A stretch of DNA of 64,000 nt from Octopus vulgaris. Taxonomy: Eukaryota. The stretch is from positions 52,514,001-52,578,000 of the forward strand of contig OX597817.1 in the NCBI GenBank assembly GCA_951406725.2. Direction: 5' to 3'. Within the stretch, counting starts at the first letter, position 1; each line of letters opens with the position of its first letter. Both the position numbers and the translations under genes were made by a program. Below are positions 24,757 through 37,506 of the stretch, piece by piece. A model generated the notes under the pieces. The model was given only the letters and a program-made list of their open reading frames with translations, ran no database searches and was not told the origin of the DNA.

Positions 24757-27700
24757 CCCTTTCAAATTACCTCGGCTTGAATTTTTGATTTCCATTAATA
24801 ATTGCTCACGAGGTGTGAGTTCTGGTTCTGGTAACTTCCGTTTTGGTTTTGGCGCTACTGATGGTGGCTTCAATACAACCATAGCAGGAACAGCTCGGAC
24901 AACACCACTATCTTCTGTGTCATTTTGTTTTCGAAAGAAATTCACCTCTGTTTTTACTGGAGGAGAATTCTCTTTTGGTGGTCCAACTTTTTTCAGATTC
25001 ACTGTAAATGGAAGTTTTGGTGGAGGGGTCGCTGGTTTGGGAGGAACTGGTGGTACTGAATTGCTTGAACTTTTGGTTTTTGAGTTTTCTTTCTGCTTCT
25101 GTGATTTGTCACTGAATGTCTCTGGTGGAGGAGGAAAGTTTGTAATTGGCTTTATTTGGGGCTTAATCTCTTTGGGTGAAATTGGTCTTTGTGGAAGTTC
25201 TGGAGGAGGGGGCAATATACCTTTGGATGAACGTACCTTTGTCTGAGGAGATGATGGCGATGATCTCACTTGATTTTTCAAGTTCTCTGGAAGGTGCTTC
25301 AAGCCCTCTTGGAAACTTTGAATTATCTCCTCTTGGCTTTTTAGCATCTGAGCCATTTTGTCTGCAAGAGGGTCTTCTTTAACATTGGAACCTTTGTTTA
25401 ATATAGAAGTCTTGTGATCTTCAAGTTGTTGCTGCCATATTTCCAACTGCTCTTGCATAGCTTTCTGTTCTTCAGTGTGAGAACTAGGACCGAGGTGAGT
25501 TTTCAACTTGGCTTCCCACAACGATATTTGTTCTTTCAGCAAGTTCTGTTCCTGTACAACTAATTTCTTTCGAATATCCAAACGATGCTGGATTGCAATC
25601 AGTTGGCGGTGCCACAGATTGACCTGTTTCTGCAAAAGGTCATACTCTGTTTCTGAATAATAGGAACTACCATCAGTTTGAGATAACTTGAGACGTGCAA
25701 GATTAATCTGTTTTTCCAGAATCTCTTGTTCATCAGTGATATACTCAGCGTTGTAACCCTCATCGAGGCTGCTCATTTTGGTATAAAAGTCAATTTGACG
25801 GTTGACGATTGCGTTTTCCTGAGCAGTTATTTCAGGGTTGACGTCTTTGTCGGTTTTAGAGAGTTTTCTCTGTAACAATTTTATCTGTTTCTGAGGAACA
25901 TTTTCATTTTGATTTTGACTCTTCTCATAATCTAACAAGTCATTTTGCCAAAGTTCTATCTGTTGCTGAAGAATTTCACTCTCAATTTTCCCCAGCTCAT
26001 CAGTGTCTTTTTCGGTCTGGCACTTTTCTCGTTTCTTTTGCCATACCATAATCTGTTGGTTAATTATATCCTGCTGAACAGAATGTGGTAAAAGAGTCTC
26101 TTCTACATTAAACAGTTTTAGTTGTTTTTTCCAAATAGAAATCTGTTCTCTCACATCAGACTCCTCCTCTCCAATAGACGTGTCAGAGTTTCGTTTCATT
26201 TTCGTGTACCACAAATCAATATACTTCTTCAAAATGTCCTGTTCTGCAGCCAGGTGAATTATCTTCTTGTCTTTGTTCTCTACAAGACCCCTCTGCCAAA
26301 GTTCAATTTGCTGCATCAAAATCTCCCGTTCTTCCTCAGTGTACCCTAATGTGTTATTCTTGATAATGTCAAGATGGTCTTGCCACAGACGGATTTGATC
26401 TTTCTGGAGTTCTTCATTAAGTAATTTGAATTTTATCCTCGTCTCTTTCTTTTCTCTCTTCACATCAAGCCACCGCTGCCAAATATCAATCTCTTTAGCT
26501 AACAACTCTGATCCTTTCAGCTCTGTGCCTCTGAAGTTAATATCAATATTTTGGTGAGCAAGTTTATCTTGCCACAATTCTATCTGAAACTTTAGAATAT
26601 TCTGTTGCTCTTCATTATATTTCTGTAAAGATTCTTTCCTCTCTTGCATGGCTGCTAGCTTCTGCTGCCAAAGATCAACCTGCAACTTTAAAAGGTCCTG
26701 TTCAATAGGTTCCATTGTGGAATTAGTTTCATTGTTTTTCTGTAACTTCTTCTGATAGAGGTCAATTTTATCACAAAGAACATCCATTTCTTCAGCCAAG
26801 AAAGTCTCAGATTCAATATCATTGCCATTCAGCTTTTTATTCCAGAGTTGAATTTCTCTTTCAAGAAGTTGCTGTTCTATCACCAGGAAACCATTATCAG
26901 GGTTCTGATTGTCTCGTGTTTGTTTCTTCCATATGTCAATTTGTTTCATCACAAGGGCTTCACTACCAGAATTCTTTTCATTCATCTTATTCTGCCACAA
27001 TTCAATTTGTTGTTCTAAGATGTCCTGCTCCACTTTGCTATCTTTATCTTGGTGGCTTTGGACATCCTGCAGTTGCGAGTGCCAAACATTCACTTGTTCT
27101 TTCAAGATCTCTCTCTGACTAGAAGAATCTCCATCCTTGTACCAATGAAGCTGCTTCTGCCAAACAATCAGTTGTCTTCTCAAGATGTCTTGTTCTTGGG
27201 CACTGAAAGAATGTCCAGCAAATTTCTTATCCTTCAAATTTTTCTTCCACACCTCAATCTGGTGCCGAAGAAGATTCTGTTCTTTGGTGCTACTATCTGT
27301 GTCACAACCTTTTTTATCAAGCTGGTTCTGCCACAGGTCAATCTGTTCTTGAAGAACCTCTCTCTCTTCTATGGTGTACAGGCTGGAAGTTTTCTCAATG
27401 ACTTTAATTTTTTGTTTCCAAACTTGAACCTGTTTCTTCAAAAATTCGATTTCTTGTTCTTTGTATTTCTTTGCACCATCGCTTTGGCGTTCTTTTGCAG
27501 ACAACTTCCTTTGCCAAAGTTCTATCTGTTGCTTCATAACTTTCTGTTCAAGCAGTCTAAACCCGGAAGAATCTGTCACGTTGAGTTCTTTCAATTGTTT
27601 GTTCCACTGGTCAACCTTCTCTCTCAGTTTCTCTTGTTCTTGTGCTGTGTACAACCCGCTATTATCATTCAGGTGTTCCTGCAGTTGTTTCTGCCAGCGT

Positions 27701-28640
27701 TCAATCTGCTTCTTCAGATTCGTTTGAGCAGCTAATGGAATACTGTCGTCTTGAGTAGATTCGGAATCAATAGTATCTGACTCGGAGTCAATTGACAGAG
27801 TGTACCCGTCCAGCCTTATCTTTGGAGACCTCTTCTCATTTGATGGAGACAACTTTTTGCTTTCTTCTTTCACTTCCTGTTTCCTCTGATTCTCAATCAT
27901 TGGGGAGCCACGATAATCCAAAGATTTCCGGTCCTCTTTTGTCAACACCAGTTCCTCTTTAGGACTGTTCATGTACTGTGCTAATTCAGCAGCACTTGAA
28001 GACCTACTTAATTCTAACGAGGGACTACTTTCCAACATTGGCCGGCTCGCGTTATCCTGAGAAACTGACATGACTATTTCCTCTTCAATTCCATTGACTT
28101 CATGAGTTTCCACCTCATTTTCAACAACATGATTCATATCGGGAACGAATGATTCCATGCCATATGGAGCCCCTGTTTCAACAGTTTCTACAATTTCTGG
28201 TATCATGCGTGGTTCTTCAATATGTGTGTCACCATTTGGCAACTGGTCATGAACGCCATTTATGTTGTAATCTTCTGACATACCAACTGTGGTAAAGCTG
28301 CCTTCTGACGAAATACTCGGCCTATGCATTTTCCCATTCTCGAAAGATTTCGGTGAAAGCGTTTCTCCCATTGATATATTAGAGGTGACAGTGTCCGTTG
28401 TACTGAAGTCATCATCTGTGGCGCTTGCAATTGAGTTGCGATGTTTTCCAAGATATATTGCTGTTCCCTCAGTAAGTTCGTTTCCAGTGGTCAAGCGAGG
28501 TCTTGGTGATTGACTTCCATCAGGGTTTCCTAAATTATGCACAGGTGTTGTCGGTCGGAAATTCTTGGCCTGTTCAGCTGTTATATTGTTGGTATGTTCA
28601 ATAAAGAGTCCCATGTCTGACTTCAATTCCTCTGCAACAA
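24757..28640 (-). CDS. COBL: Cobl-like giant exon: acidic/disordered region, ~27 Trp-containing helical repeats, Pro-rich region, N-terminal half of WH2 (TPREQLLMEIKNSSRGNLKG)
   Basis: tatttcag acceptor at 28641-28643, GGG|gtaag donor, 3884 nt open (phase 1->0). Coincides with the 1292-aa ORF. Confidence 0.92.
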
Positions 28641-30192
28641 CTGAAATAGATAAAAGTTGTTTAATACAGAAATCAATCTGTCACAAATGAATGGATACAT
28701 CACACACACACACACACAAGTTTGCAGAAGAATTCATACACATGCTATGTTATTAACATTGAGACCCCCTTCAGTCATGATTGACAGTGGGATTGCACCT
28801 AGACAGTTACTCTCCCAGGCACAAGTCCGGGCAAGGTTGTTTATGGAAGACCAGCAGTTGCCCATGCATACCGGTCTCCCCTCTCCATGCCACCAGTGTT
28901 ATCCAAGGGAAAGGCAAATGGCCATTACAGCTTGGCACCTGTGACGTCACAACTCATTTCTACAGCTGAGTGAACTGGAGCAACGCGGAGTAAAGTGTCT
29001 TGCTCAAGAACACAACATGCAGCCCGGTCTGGGATTTGAACTCACAACTTCACGATCATAAGCTCAACGCTCTAACCACTGAGCCATTGCTGTATTAATA
29101 TACAGCAATATTTATAAAATTTCAAGAGAACACACACACACGTCTATATATATAAGCAAACATACGTACACATAAACACAAGCAGCTTACATGTAAAGAC
29201 AACTAACGATCACTGAAATTTATAATCAGGTTGTAAATTTGGATGTTGTAAACATCACAACTTCAGCTGTGATATTGGCCATATATGAATGATTATCTTT
29301 CGGCAGTTCCCTATTCACTCACAAGAAGTAACTGCAAAGCACTATACAACATAAAAGAAAACCAGATAGGAAAATATTAGTAATTTTAACCATGGTATCA
29401 AAGATGCAGAGTTAGTTTTGAACTCAAAACCATGCAGTAACTGGCCCCTTAATCTTCACACCATTGTGGCATCATATAGGAACTTTGAATGTACAGATTG
29501 AGGGTATACCAGTGTGAGTGGTGCGAATTCTGTGACAAGCACTTAGTACTTACTGACCCAGTACATCTAACTCAGCTTTCACTAACCCCAACTTCATGTA
29601 TTCTCCCTTCCACACAATGGATCAGTCCACCAGTGAGAACAGTAAAATTGACGAATGTCATGGGTGTTTGGTGTAATCCTTTTTTTGCTTATCGCTTGGG
29701 TGGGAATGAGTTTCACCAGGCTAATTTTCTCCAAAATTACCAGTGATATGCTTACAACACAATAAAGAACTTAAAATCTATTTGTGTTATTATTTTACAC
29801 ACAGTTGCATGACATTTTTTATATATCAACAAGAGATCAAGGTGACCGTCACCTTATCCAAACAGCACTCCTCCCTCAACAGCATTGATGCAACCAAAAA
29901 ATGTCTGAGTTCTTTTGACCTATACAATAGCAAACTTTTATATACATGTACTTTTATATGCACTTGTATGAACATATATGCATGTATACGAGAGGAAGAA
30001 AACAAAAAAAAAAATGTACTAAGTGTTGCTGGACTTGTGTTTGTTTAACACATTTTGTTAAATGACAGTCAGTTCCTGAAAGCAGCCCACGTTTGTACAC
30101 TTTTGTCTTTAGTGACAAAACTTATATTGAATGAGTGACTGGATTACTTTAGTTTTATACAGTTGAGAGTTCTTATAAAGGGAGATTATTAA

Positions 30193-30592
30193 TCTCTATA
30201 TATATATAAAGCTGAAGTTGTCTGTGTGTATGGCAGGTTTGGTAGCCTTCAACTAACACTATCTCCTCCGAGACCCTGCGGCACAAGTTGACCAAAATTG
30301 AGAGTATGATAGAAGGCTTGCTCTTCCTTCCGTAGCAGAAAAAATTCAGATCGGACCATGTTAACACCAAAAGTTATTTACATCAAAAAGGTGCTTTTTT
30401 TCTATGAAAATCCCTATTTTTTACGATTTTTTGACTGCTGTGTTGCCATTTTTTGGTGTATTTCAACCAGAAAAATGTTCACTTAAAGAGAATAACAAGC
30501 TACATAATGCAAAATTTTTACTTTTCAAAAATTCCAATTCTAAAGGGTCGAAAAGAAAACAAGCCTGAACAACGCTGGGCTATACTGCTCGT
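30193..30592 (+). mobile_element. Non-autonomous Helitron-like element
   Basis: 5' tctctatatatataaag...gtctgtgtgt start; 3' gcctgaacaacgctgggc hairpin followed by a ctcgt (CTAGT-like) end. Confidence 0.5.
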
Positions 30593-31974
30593 ACATCATA
30601 TAGTGTCTAATCCATGCCAGCATGGACAATGAATGTTAATTGACAATGATGGCAGTGAATCGTCATCCATCAATAATGAACATTCCGTTATTTGATTAAG
30701 TAAATAACTTGTTCTTGAATTAACTTGAGAGTGGCTTAGCATTCTTCAGATATGCACACCCATAACATGATTTTTAGGCAGTACAGCTGAATGCACAAGA
30801 AGTTCGCTATGCAGTTACAGGATCCTGGGTTCAACCCAGCTCGATGGTATTTAGGTCAAATGTCATTTTCTACAGTTTTTGTTCAACCTATATTTTGTGA
30901 GTATAACTGGGTGGCTGGAAACTGAATAAAAGCCTGTTGGGTAAATTGCACCAGGAATTCGAAAGGTACAGCAGCCAACCGACACAGTGAGTGATTGCAT
31001 AAAGGGTCAGGCATTAAAATAAGAAGTCATTGAGTTGTGGTTAAGAAATGAAGAAGAGAAATGCATGATGTGAGTAGAGAGACTTGTTGAAGGAGAGAGT
31101 GTGAAGTGTCATTAGGTGTGCAGTTAGAGAGACTTGCTAAAGAAAAGAGTGATTTAGTGTTACAAAAGAAAAAATAAAGGAAAATTACCATATATGAAAG
31201 ATGTACACAAAAAACAAACGTGATGATGATGGTGACAATGATGATGATAATCCTTTCTACTATAGGCACAAGGCCTGGAATTTGTGGGGAAGGAGATGGT
31301 CAATTACACCGCCCCCAGTGCGTAACTGGTACTTAATTTATCGACCTCGAAAGGATGAAAGGCAAAGTCGACCTTGGCGGAATTTGAACTCAGAACACAG
31401 CGGCGGACAAAATACCGCAAAGCATTTCGCCCAGCGTGCTAACGTTTCTGCCAGCTCACCGCCTTTGATGATAATGATGATGGTGGCACTGATGATGATG
31501 ATGCTGGTTATGATATAAAGGTGAAAGACCCCCTTCAGTCATGGATGACCATGGGATTGCACCTAGAAATTTCCCCTCTCAGGGACAAGTCCAGGCACGG
31601 TTGTTATTATGGAAGACAAGCAGTCACCTATACATACCAGTCCCCGCTCTGCATGCCACCAATATGGCCCAAGGGAGCGGCAAAGGCCCAAACAACTTGG
31701 CACCAGTGATGCTGCAACACATTTCCATAGATGAGTGAACTGGAGCAATGTGAAATAAAGTATCTTGCTCAAGAACACAACACACAGCCCGGTCCAGGAA
31801 TCAAACTCAGAACCTCACGATCGTAAGCTCGACTGAAATATGTCTTCACAGTTATAATATAATGATGTTGATAATATGATGATTATAGCGATGATGGTGT
31901 TGACAATTATGATGTAATGGATAAGTGATAGTATAAGACAGTGAAGATATGATAATGGTAGTTATGATGAATCT

Positions 31975-32248
31975 AGACTAATGTGCTATGATCTAAAGAA
32001 CTTTGGTCTAAAGTGACTTTGGTATAAATACACTATAGTCTAAAGTCATTGTTGTCTAAACTCACTTCAGTCTAATAACTATTTTTGTCAATAGAATCTA
32101 AAAAAAATGTAAAAGACCTAAATAGCTAAACTCTAATGAGCAATTTTGTCTTTAAATAAAAATGCTTTTAGACCAAAATGTCTTAGACCAAAGTGTCTTA
32201 GGCCGAAGTGTCTTACGCCAAAGTGTCTTAGACCAAAGTGCTGTATCC
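31975..32248. mobile_element. Foldback-like MITE built of 15-bp repeats (tagaccaaagtgtct)n
   Basis: Five tandem 15-mers at 32169-32243, with degenerate inverted 15-mers at ~32000-32075. Confidence 0.55.
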
Positions 32249-32366
32249 TGTTATGAAACAGGAACACTTATGTTGGTGGTGGTGATGACTATGATGGTGA
32301 TATTTGTTGATGACAGTTATGATGATATGACAATGATGTAGTAGTAACAGCAGTAGCAGTAGTCTA

Positions 32367-33696
32367 CTAGGTGGTATCAAAATGTTCCCGGACTAGTTAT
32401 GTTTAATAAAAAATAACTTATTTACCAAAGTTTTAACCCCATCTTCTTTGGAATAATCATCTTGCACAGCAGTACACCACACCCAGCGTTCCAGCCATTT
32501 TTGGAATCCAGCCTGGATGTCGTTTTCTGTGAGTCGAAGACCTTCAGCAATTCACTCTAGATCTCAACAATGGAGTTTAAATGGTGACCTTTGAGCTGCA
32601 TTTTAATCTTAGGGAGGAGATTGAAGTCTGCAGGTGATAAATCTGTTGTTTTCGGTGAGAAACTTACGAGGCGTAGGAGTGGCTGTGTGGTAAGGCGTAG
32701 GAGTGGCTGTGTGGTAAGACGCTTGCTTACCAACCATATGGTTCTGGGTTCAGTCCCACTGTGTGGCACCTTGGGCAAGTGTCTTCTACTATAGCCTCGG
32801 ACCGACCAAAGCCTTGTGAGTGGATTTGGTAGACGGAAACTGCAAGAAGCCTGTCGTATATATGTATATATATGTGTGTGTGTGTGTGTGTATATATGTT
32901 TGTCCCCCCAACATCGCTTGATGACCGATGCTGGTGTATTTATGTCCCCATAACATAGCAGTTCAGCAAAAGAGACTGATAGAATAAGTACTAGGCTTAC
33001 AAAGAATAAGTCCTGGGGTTGATCTGCTCGACTAAAGGTGGTGCTCCAGCATGGCCACAGTCAAATGATTGAAACAAGAGTAAAAGAGTAAAAAAGAGTG
33101 AGGAGAACCCGGTGATAAGGTGAATTGCTATTGTGAATCCAATTTTTTGCCCTTCACAGATCCGGTCACTTTTGCTGAATGCCCCACCTCAAATGCTTCA
33201 AAATGTCACAGAAGAACCCTCGATTGATGGTCTGACCCTGTGGGGTGAATTCTCGATGCACAATACAGTGGATGTCAAAAAAGAAAAATAAATGATGAGC
33301 ATGTTCATGATTGAGCCGCAGCTCTGTTGTGCCTTTTGAAGCCCCTGTGCCACTCAAAACATTGCCTCATCGCTGTAAGCTTGCGGAAGCATGCTCAATG
33401 TCTCTGTAGCAGACTTCTCAAGTTTAATGCAAAAATCTCATGTTGGCTCTTATACTCCCTAAAAAGTTTAAACTTCCTGTCCATAGCAAAACTTGCAGAC
33501 TACAGCATACATCATCCTCATCATGTGATCACAAAAGCACAAATTTCACAACTCATGAAGTAAACACAGCGATGTCATGTCCCTCAGTGCACCGTCACAT
33601 GAAGGTCATTGCTAGCTCTCACTGTGCACATAACTGTGTGCTGCTACCTGTGGGCACACTACAGAACTAGTCAGGGAACTTTTTGATACCACCTTG
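32367..33696 (-). mobile_element. Degenerate mariner transposon interrupted by a SINE
   Basis: TIRs aggtggtatcaaaa..ttccc.gactagtt at both ends with TA flanks. Transposase remnants DLSPADFNLLPKIKMQLKG and FFDIHCIVHREFTPQGQTIN. Confidence 0.85.
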
Positions 33697-33725
33697 TAAC
33701 TCCTTAACAGAGAGGGTCTACCTAC

Positions 33726-33896
33726 CTTCTGTAACAACTGCCCCATTAATATTAGGAGTTTGTTTGGAATGATCAGAATGTGTACTGACAGCTTTAGCAC
33801 TGGTTATGTTCTCCTCAAATGCAGTATCAAAGTCTTCTACAGGGTCCAGGGAAGACGTGGTGGTGGTGCTCTCTCTACTGAGGTGACGGTTGTGCC
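33726..33896 (-). CDS. COBL: Cobl-like symmetric exon (GHNRHLSRESTTTTSSLDPVEDFDTAFEENI...VVTE)
   Basis: ttttccag acceptor, GAAG|gtagg donor, 171 nt, phase 1->1. Confidence 0.78.
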
Positions 33897-34261
33897 CTGG
33901 AAAACCAAATGGTTGGGTGGGTGCTTGCAGAGAAATAGTGATGGTGGTGGTGTTGGGAGGAGGAAGTGGGGGTACAAAAAACAACAACAGAAACTTGAAA
34001 ATAACTTATTTTAAATGGTGATAGGAAGAAGAGGAGAAAGTCTCTAAACACTAGCTTGTGGATAAAAGATGTTACCTCAAACAAAAAATTACAGACATTT
34101 AATGGTGCTGAAATGTTAATCTGAGGAGATGAAAAAAAAGGGCTTTTGGTTCAATATTACAGGTTCTGCTTAATACTGGGGAAATAGTTGACCTTATACT
34201 CCCTAAAAACCTGGGTGGCATTTATCCCTCCATTACTCCCTGGTATTTAATACATCCCTGT

Positions 34262-34425
34262 AGATATTTTTTGAGCACCACTCGGAGTATTTGAGCAGTT
34301 CCAAGCAGTGTTGTTTTCTGCAAGTGCTCCACCCTTATTGCAGCCCCTATTTGTTCCATGTACTTCTCAAAATTTTTAATCACTGTTTCCAGGGCTCCAA
34401 CAATTATTGGTACTACTACTACTAC
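34262..34425 (-). mobile_element. 3' fragment of an R4/R2-group (restriction-like endonuclease) non-LTR element
   Basis: VVVPIIVGALETV.K...LQKTTLLGTAQILRVVL is typical of the RLE C-terminus of R4/Dong/HERO-type elements. Adjacent to (TAA)n tracts. Confidence 0.7.
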
Positions 34426-35825
34426 CTTTTTCCTTAAGCTTAATGTCAGTAGCCATCCCCTAGTATATGAAAAAAATACTACCATATTATTATTATTATT
34501 ATTGAGTGAGAGAGCAGTGTGTACCATCAAAGTGACACTGGGGTAAAATATATGAAGCCCAGTATACCCATCATGACTACCTGTCTGATAAGGGTACACC
34601 AGACACATGCATCACAACCATATGTGCACGACATGGTGATCTCATATCAAGATAAACAGTGCATGCCCTTGCAGGTGGGGCCCAGTTAGAATTTTCTTCT
34701 GGTTGAGTAACCCATCCCGCTCAAAAGGTCCCTGAATAAGGACTGTTTAAGGATGTTGAACGAAACACTCATGTTTCCAGAGGTGAATTAGTCAAACCCC
34801 CCGAAAATCCCTGAACACACGGCTATGATGCTCCCCCATTACTTCCGCTCGTGATCAGAGATGCATATATCATCAGCCACTAAAGGACATGGTCAACTGG
34901 TTAAGGTCAAACAACTGACAAGCAAATCTGTAGCATTGGGCAGAATATTTACTGTAGCCCATCTTTTATACGAAGACAAAACACTGTACATGATAACACT
35001 TCCAATCAGTTAAGATCAGCAACCTTGAGATCCACTGCTTTGTACTGCATCAGGGCATAATAATAATAATTATTATTATTATTATTAATCATTGCTTGGG
35101 ATGCCATATTTTGTTATGCAACTACAATATACTACCAAGTAGGTTAAAGGCTGATATATCAACACTGTGCCCCACTTGTGTTACAAGTTTGATTAAATTA
35201 CTTTTTAAAGTTACTTCTACAGATTATCCATAGAAATTAGAGCCAGCACTGAAAGTTAACTTTCGTACATGTAAACATCTATGTAAACAATGTGATCAAA
35301 GATACAAAATGTGACTGAAGATAGAAGACATGTATTGTTTACACAGACGTATTTGTACATGAAACATTGTAACTTTCAGTGTTGGCTCTAATTTCTATAG
35401 ATTTTCTATAGAATAAGTAACTTTAAAAAGCAGACTGAACCTGTTATCATGTTTAATACCACCACCTGGCACCTTGGATCCTATTAACAGAGTTCGCTCT
35501 GTTGCAAGCATTCAGACTAGGTTTCTTCCCTTCTGCTGGTCTTAGAGGCCCGGCTAAGGGTCACAAGCACTGTCTTTCTCTTCTAATTAAAACAGAAATA
35601 AAGGGTACATAACTTACTTGGGTTAGACCAGAGGTTCTCAACTAGGGTTCATATGACCCTTAGGGGCCCAATAAGATTTTGTTGTTAGAATTAGTTTGCA
35701 ATTAATTGGTTACACTCCTTCAGTGCACAAAATATTTTAATCTTTTTTATACAATTCCTAATAACATTTTGTTTTTGGATTTGGTTTGCAAGATTCTTTA
35801 TATGAGTTCGTGTGTTGAAGCATAT

Positions 35826-36106
35826 TCTATTGTGTCTGGGGAGAGTCATTTTCTTTTTGTACCTTATCATGTAACACACTCACTGGTAAAATTTCGACTT
35901 ATTTCTTATTTTTATTGTCCTAAAACTTTTGTTGCATCTTGCAACCTTTTCAATAGTTTTGACTCTTAAAAAGAATCAAAACTATTGAAAAGGTTGCAAG
36001 ACGCAACGAAAATTTTAGGAAAATAAATAAGAAAAACGTGGAAATTTTATCGGTGTGTTACATAATAAGGCACAAAAAGAAAATGACTCTCCCCAGACAC
36101 AATAGA
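35826..36106. repeat. ~140-bp-arm fold-back element inserted in a hAT-like MITE (35629-36226)
   Basis: tctattgtgtctggggagagtc... / ...gactctccccagacacaataga. Host termini cagaggttctcaac / gttgagaaccac. Confidence 0.8.
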
Positions 36107-37506
36107 TTATCCTAATAACATATTTATATAAGATTTTTAAAGCATCAAATGATTATGGGGGTCCAGTAGAATAAAATATGAATAGAAAGGGGTTTCATAG
36201 GTAAAAAGAAATGGTTGAGAACCACCAGACTGGACAGAAAGTTAGCCAGTAATAAAAAAAAATGTCAATGGTGATTGAGGTAAGAATTTCAAACTAATCA
36301 GTGGCAATTACAATCAATAGGATTTATAAGTTTAATGGTACTGGGGTGGGGGGAGGCATTGTCAGTAGAGTGAAATATAAACACTAATAGTTTAAGGGGC
36401 AACAGATGGGAACAATTTTAAGGATATTGATGAGGAAGTTTTAAAAGGAAATTGAAATCAAACAGGCAACTACGACAACAAGCATCATGAGATGTAGTGT
36501 CAATGTCACAATAGCGAGGTGTACACATATAGGCTGTGAGCAAGAAGGGGGTAGCAAACAACAACAATAACAAAGTGTAGTAACTGTGAAGAAGAACAAC
36601 AACAAGGTGTGTTAGCCATGAACAAGGGAGTAGTGAAGAACAAGATGTGCAGTTATTTATAACAACACTAATGGTAATGGGAGAATCCTCTCTCTCACTC
36701 TCACTCCCTTTATCTTACTCTCCAACTCTATTTTGCTTTTCTGCTGGGGTATCCATGTAACTACTCTACAACAAGACACGTCCCTCAACTGACCCAAAAG
36801 CAAACCCATCAATACTACCCCTCTCCCCATTCCAATTGAGGGGGTTGGTGTTTCGCAAGGTACTTTGTGATCCTATCAGCACTGGTGCTACATAAAAAGC
36901 ACCTGTACTCTCTGTTAAGTGGTTGGTGTTAGGAAGGGCATCCAGCCATTGAAACTATACCAGAACATACCATGGAACCTTGTGCAGCTCCTGTGAAACT
37001 GTCCAACCTATGCCAGCATGGAAAATAGATGATAAATAATGATGATGACGAGAGAAAAGATTTTTGAAAGGAAAAGCAATACAAAAATTGGGAAGATGGT
37101 AACACCATTTAACATCTTTTCCCCATGTTGGCACAAGTTAGATGGTTTGACCAGATCTGGTATGGCTAAATTGGGAATTTTTGTGTATCAGAATCTTTTA
37201 AGTTTAGGAAGTAAATGTTAATTGTGGTAGGGGCTTAGAGGTGAAGCCAGATAAAGGCAGACTCTGGATGAATGATGAGACAACTTGTGGGTCACATGAG
37301 ACCTGATAAAAATTGAAAGAGAGGATGGTTTGAGGTGATAAGTGGGGGAATTTTGATGTAAGAAGAGTAGGTAGGATGAGATGACAAAGGCAGCTCGAGG
37401 TGAACAGTGAACATAGAATTGAAGTGAGGTGAGAAGGTAATTTATGAAAGTTTGAAGTTAAAGGAAGAAGTTAATAGATAGGGTTGACTGAATGAAAATA
37501 AGGGTT

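Noticed and set aside
27049-27735. Plus-strand ORFs (228 aa, also 24785-25246 and others) overlapping the giant exon
   Set aside because: Antisense shadows of the biased codon usage of the real minus-strand exon.
32169-32243. CRISPR-like array (also 40000-40120)
   Set aside because: Tandem units without unique spacers, in a eukaryotic context with no cas genes.
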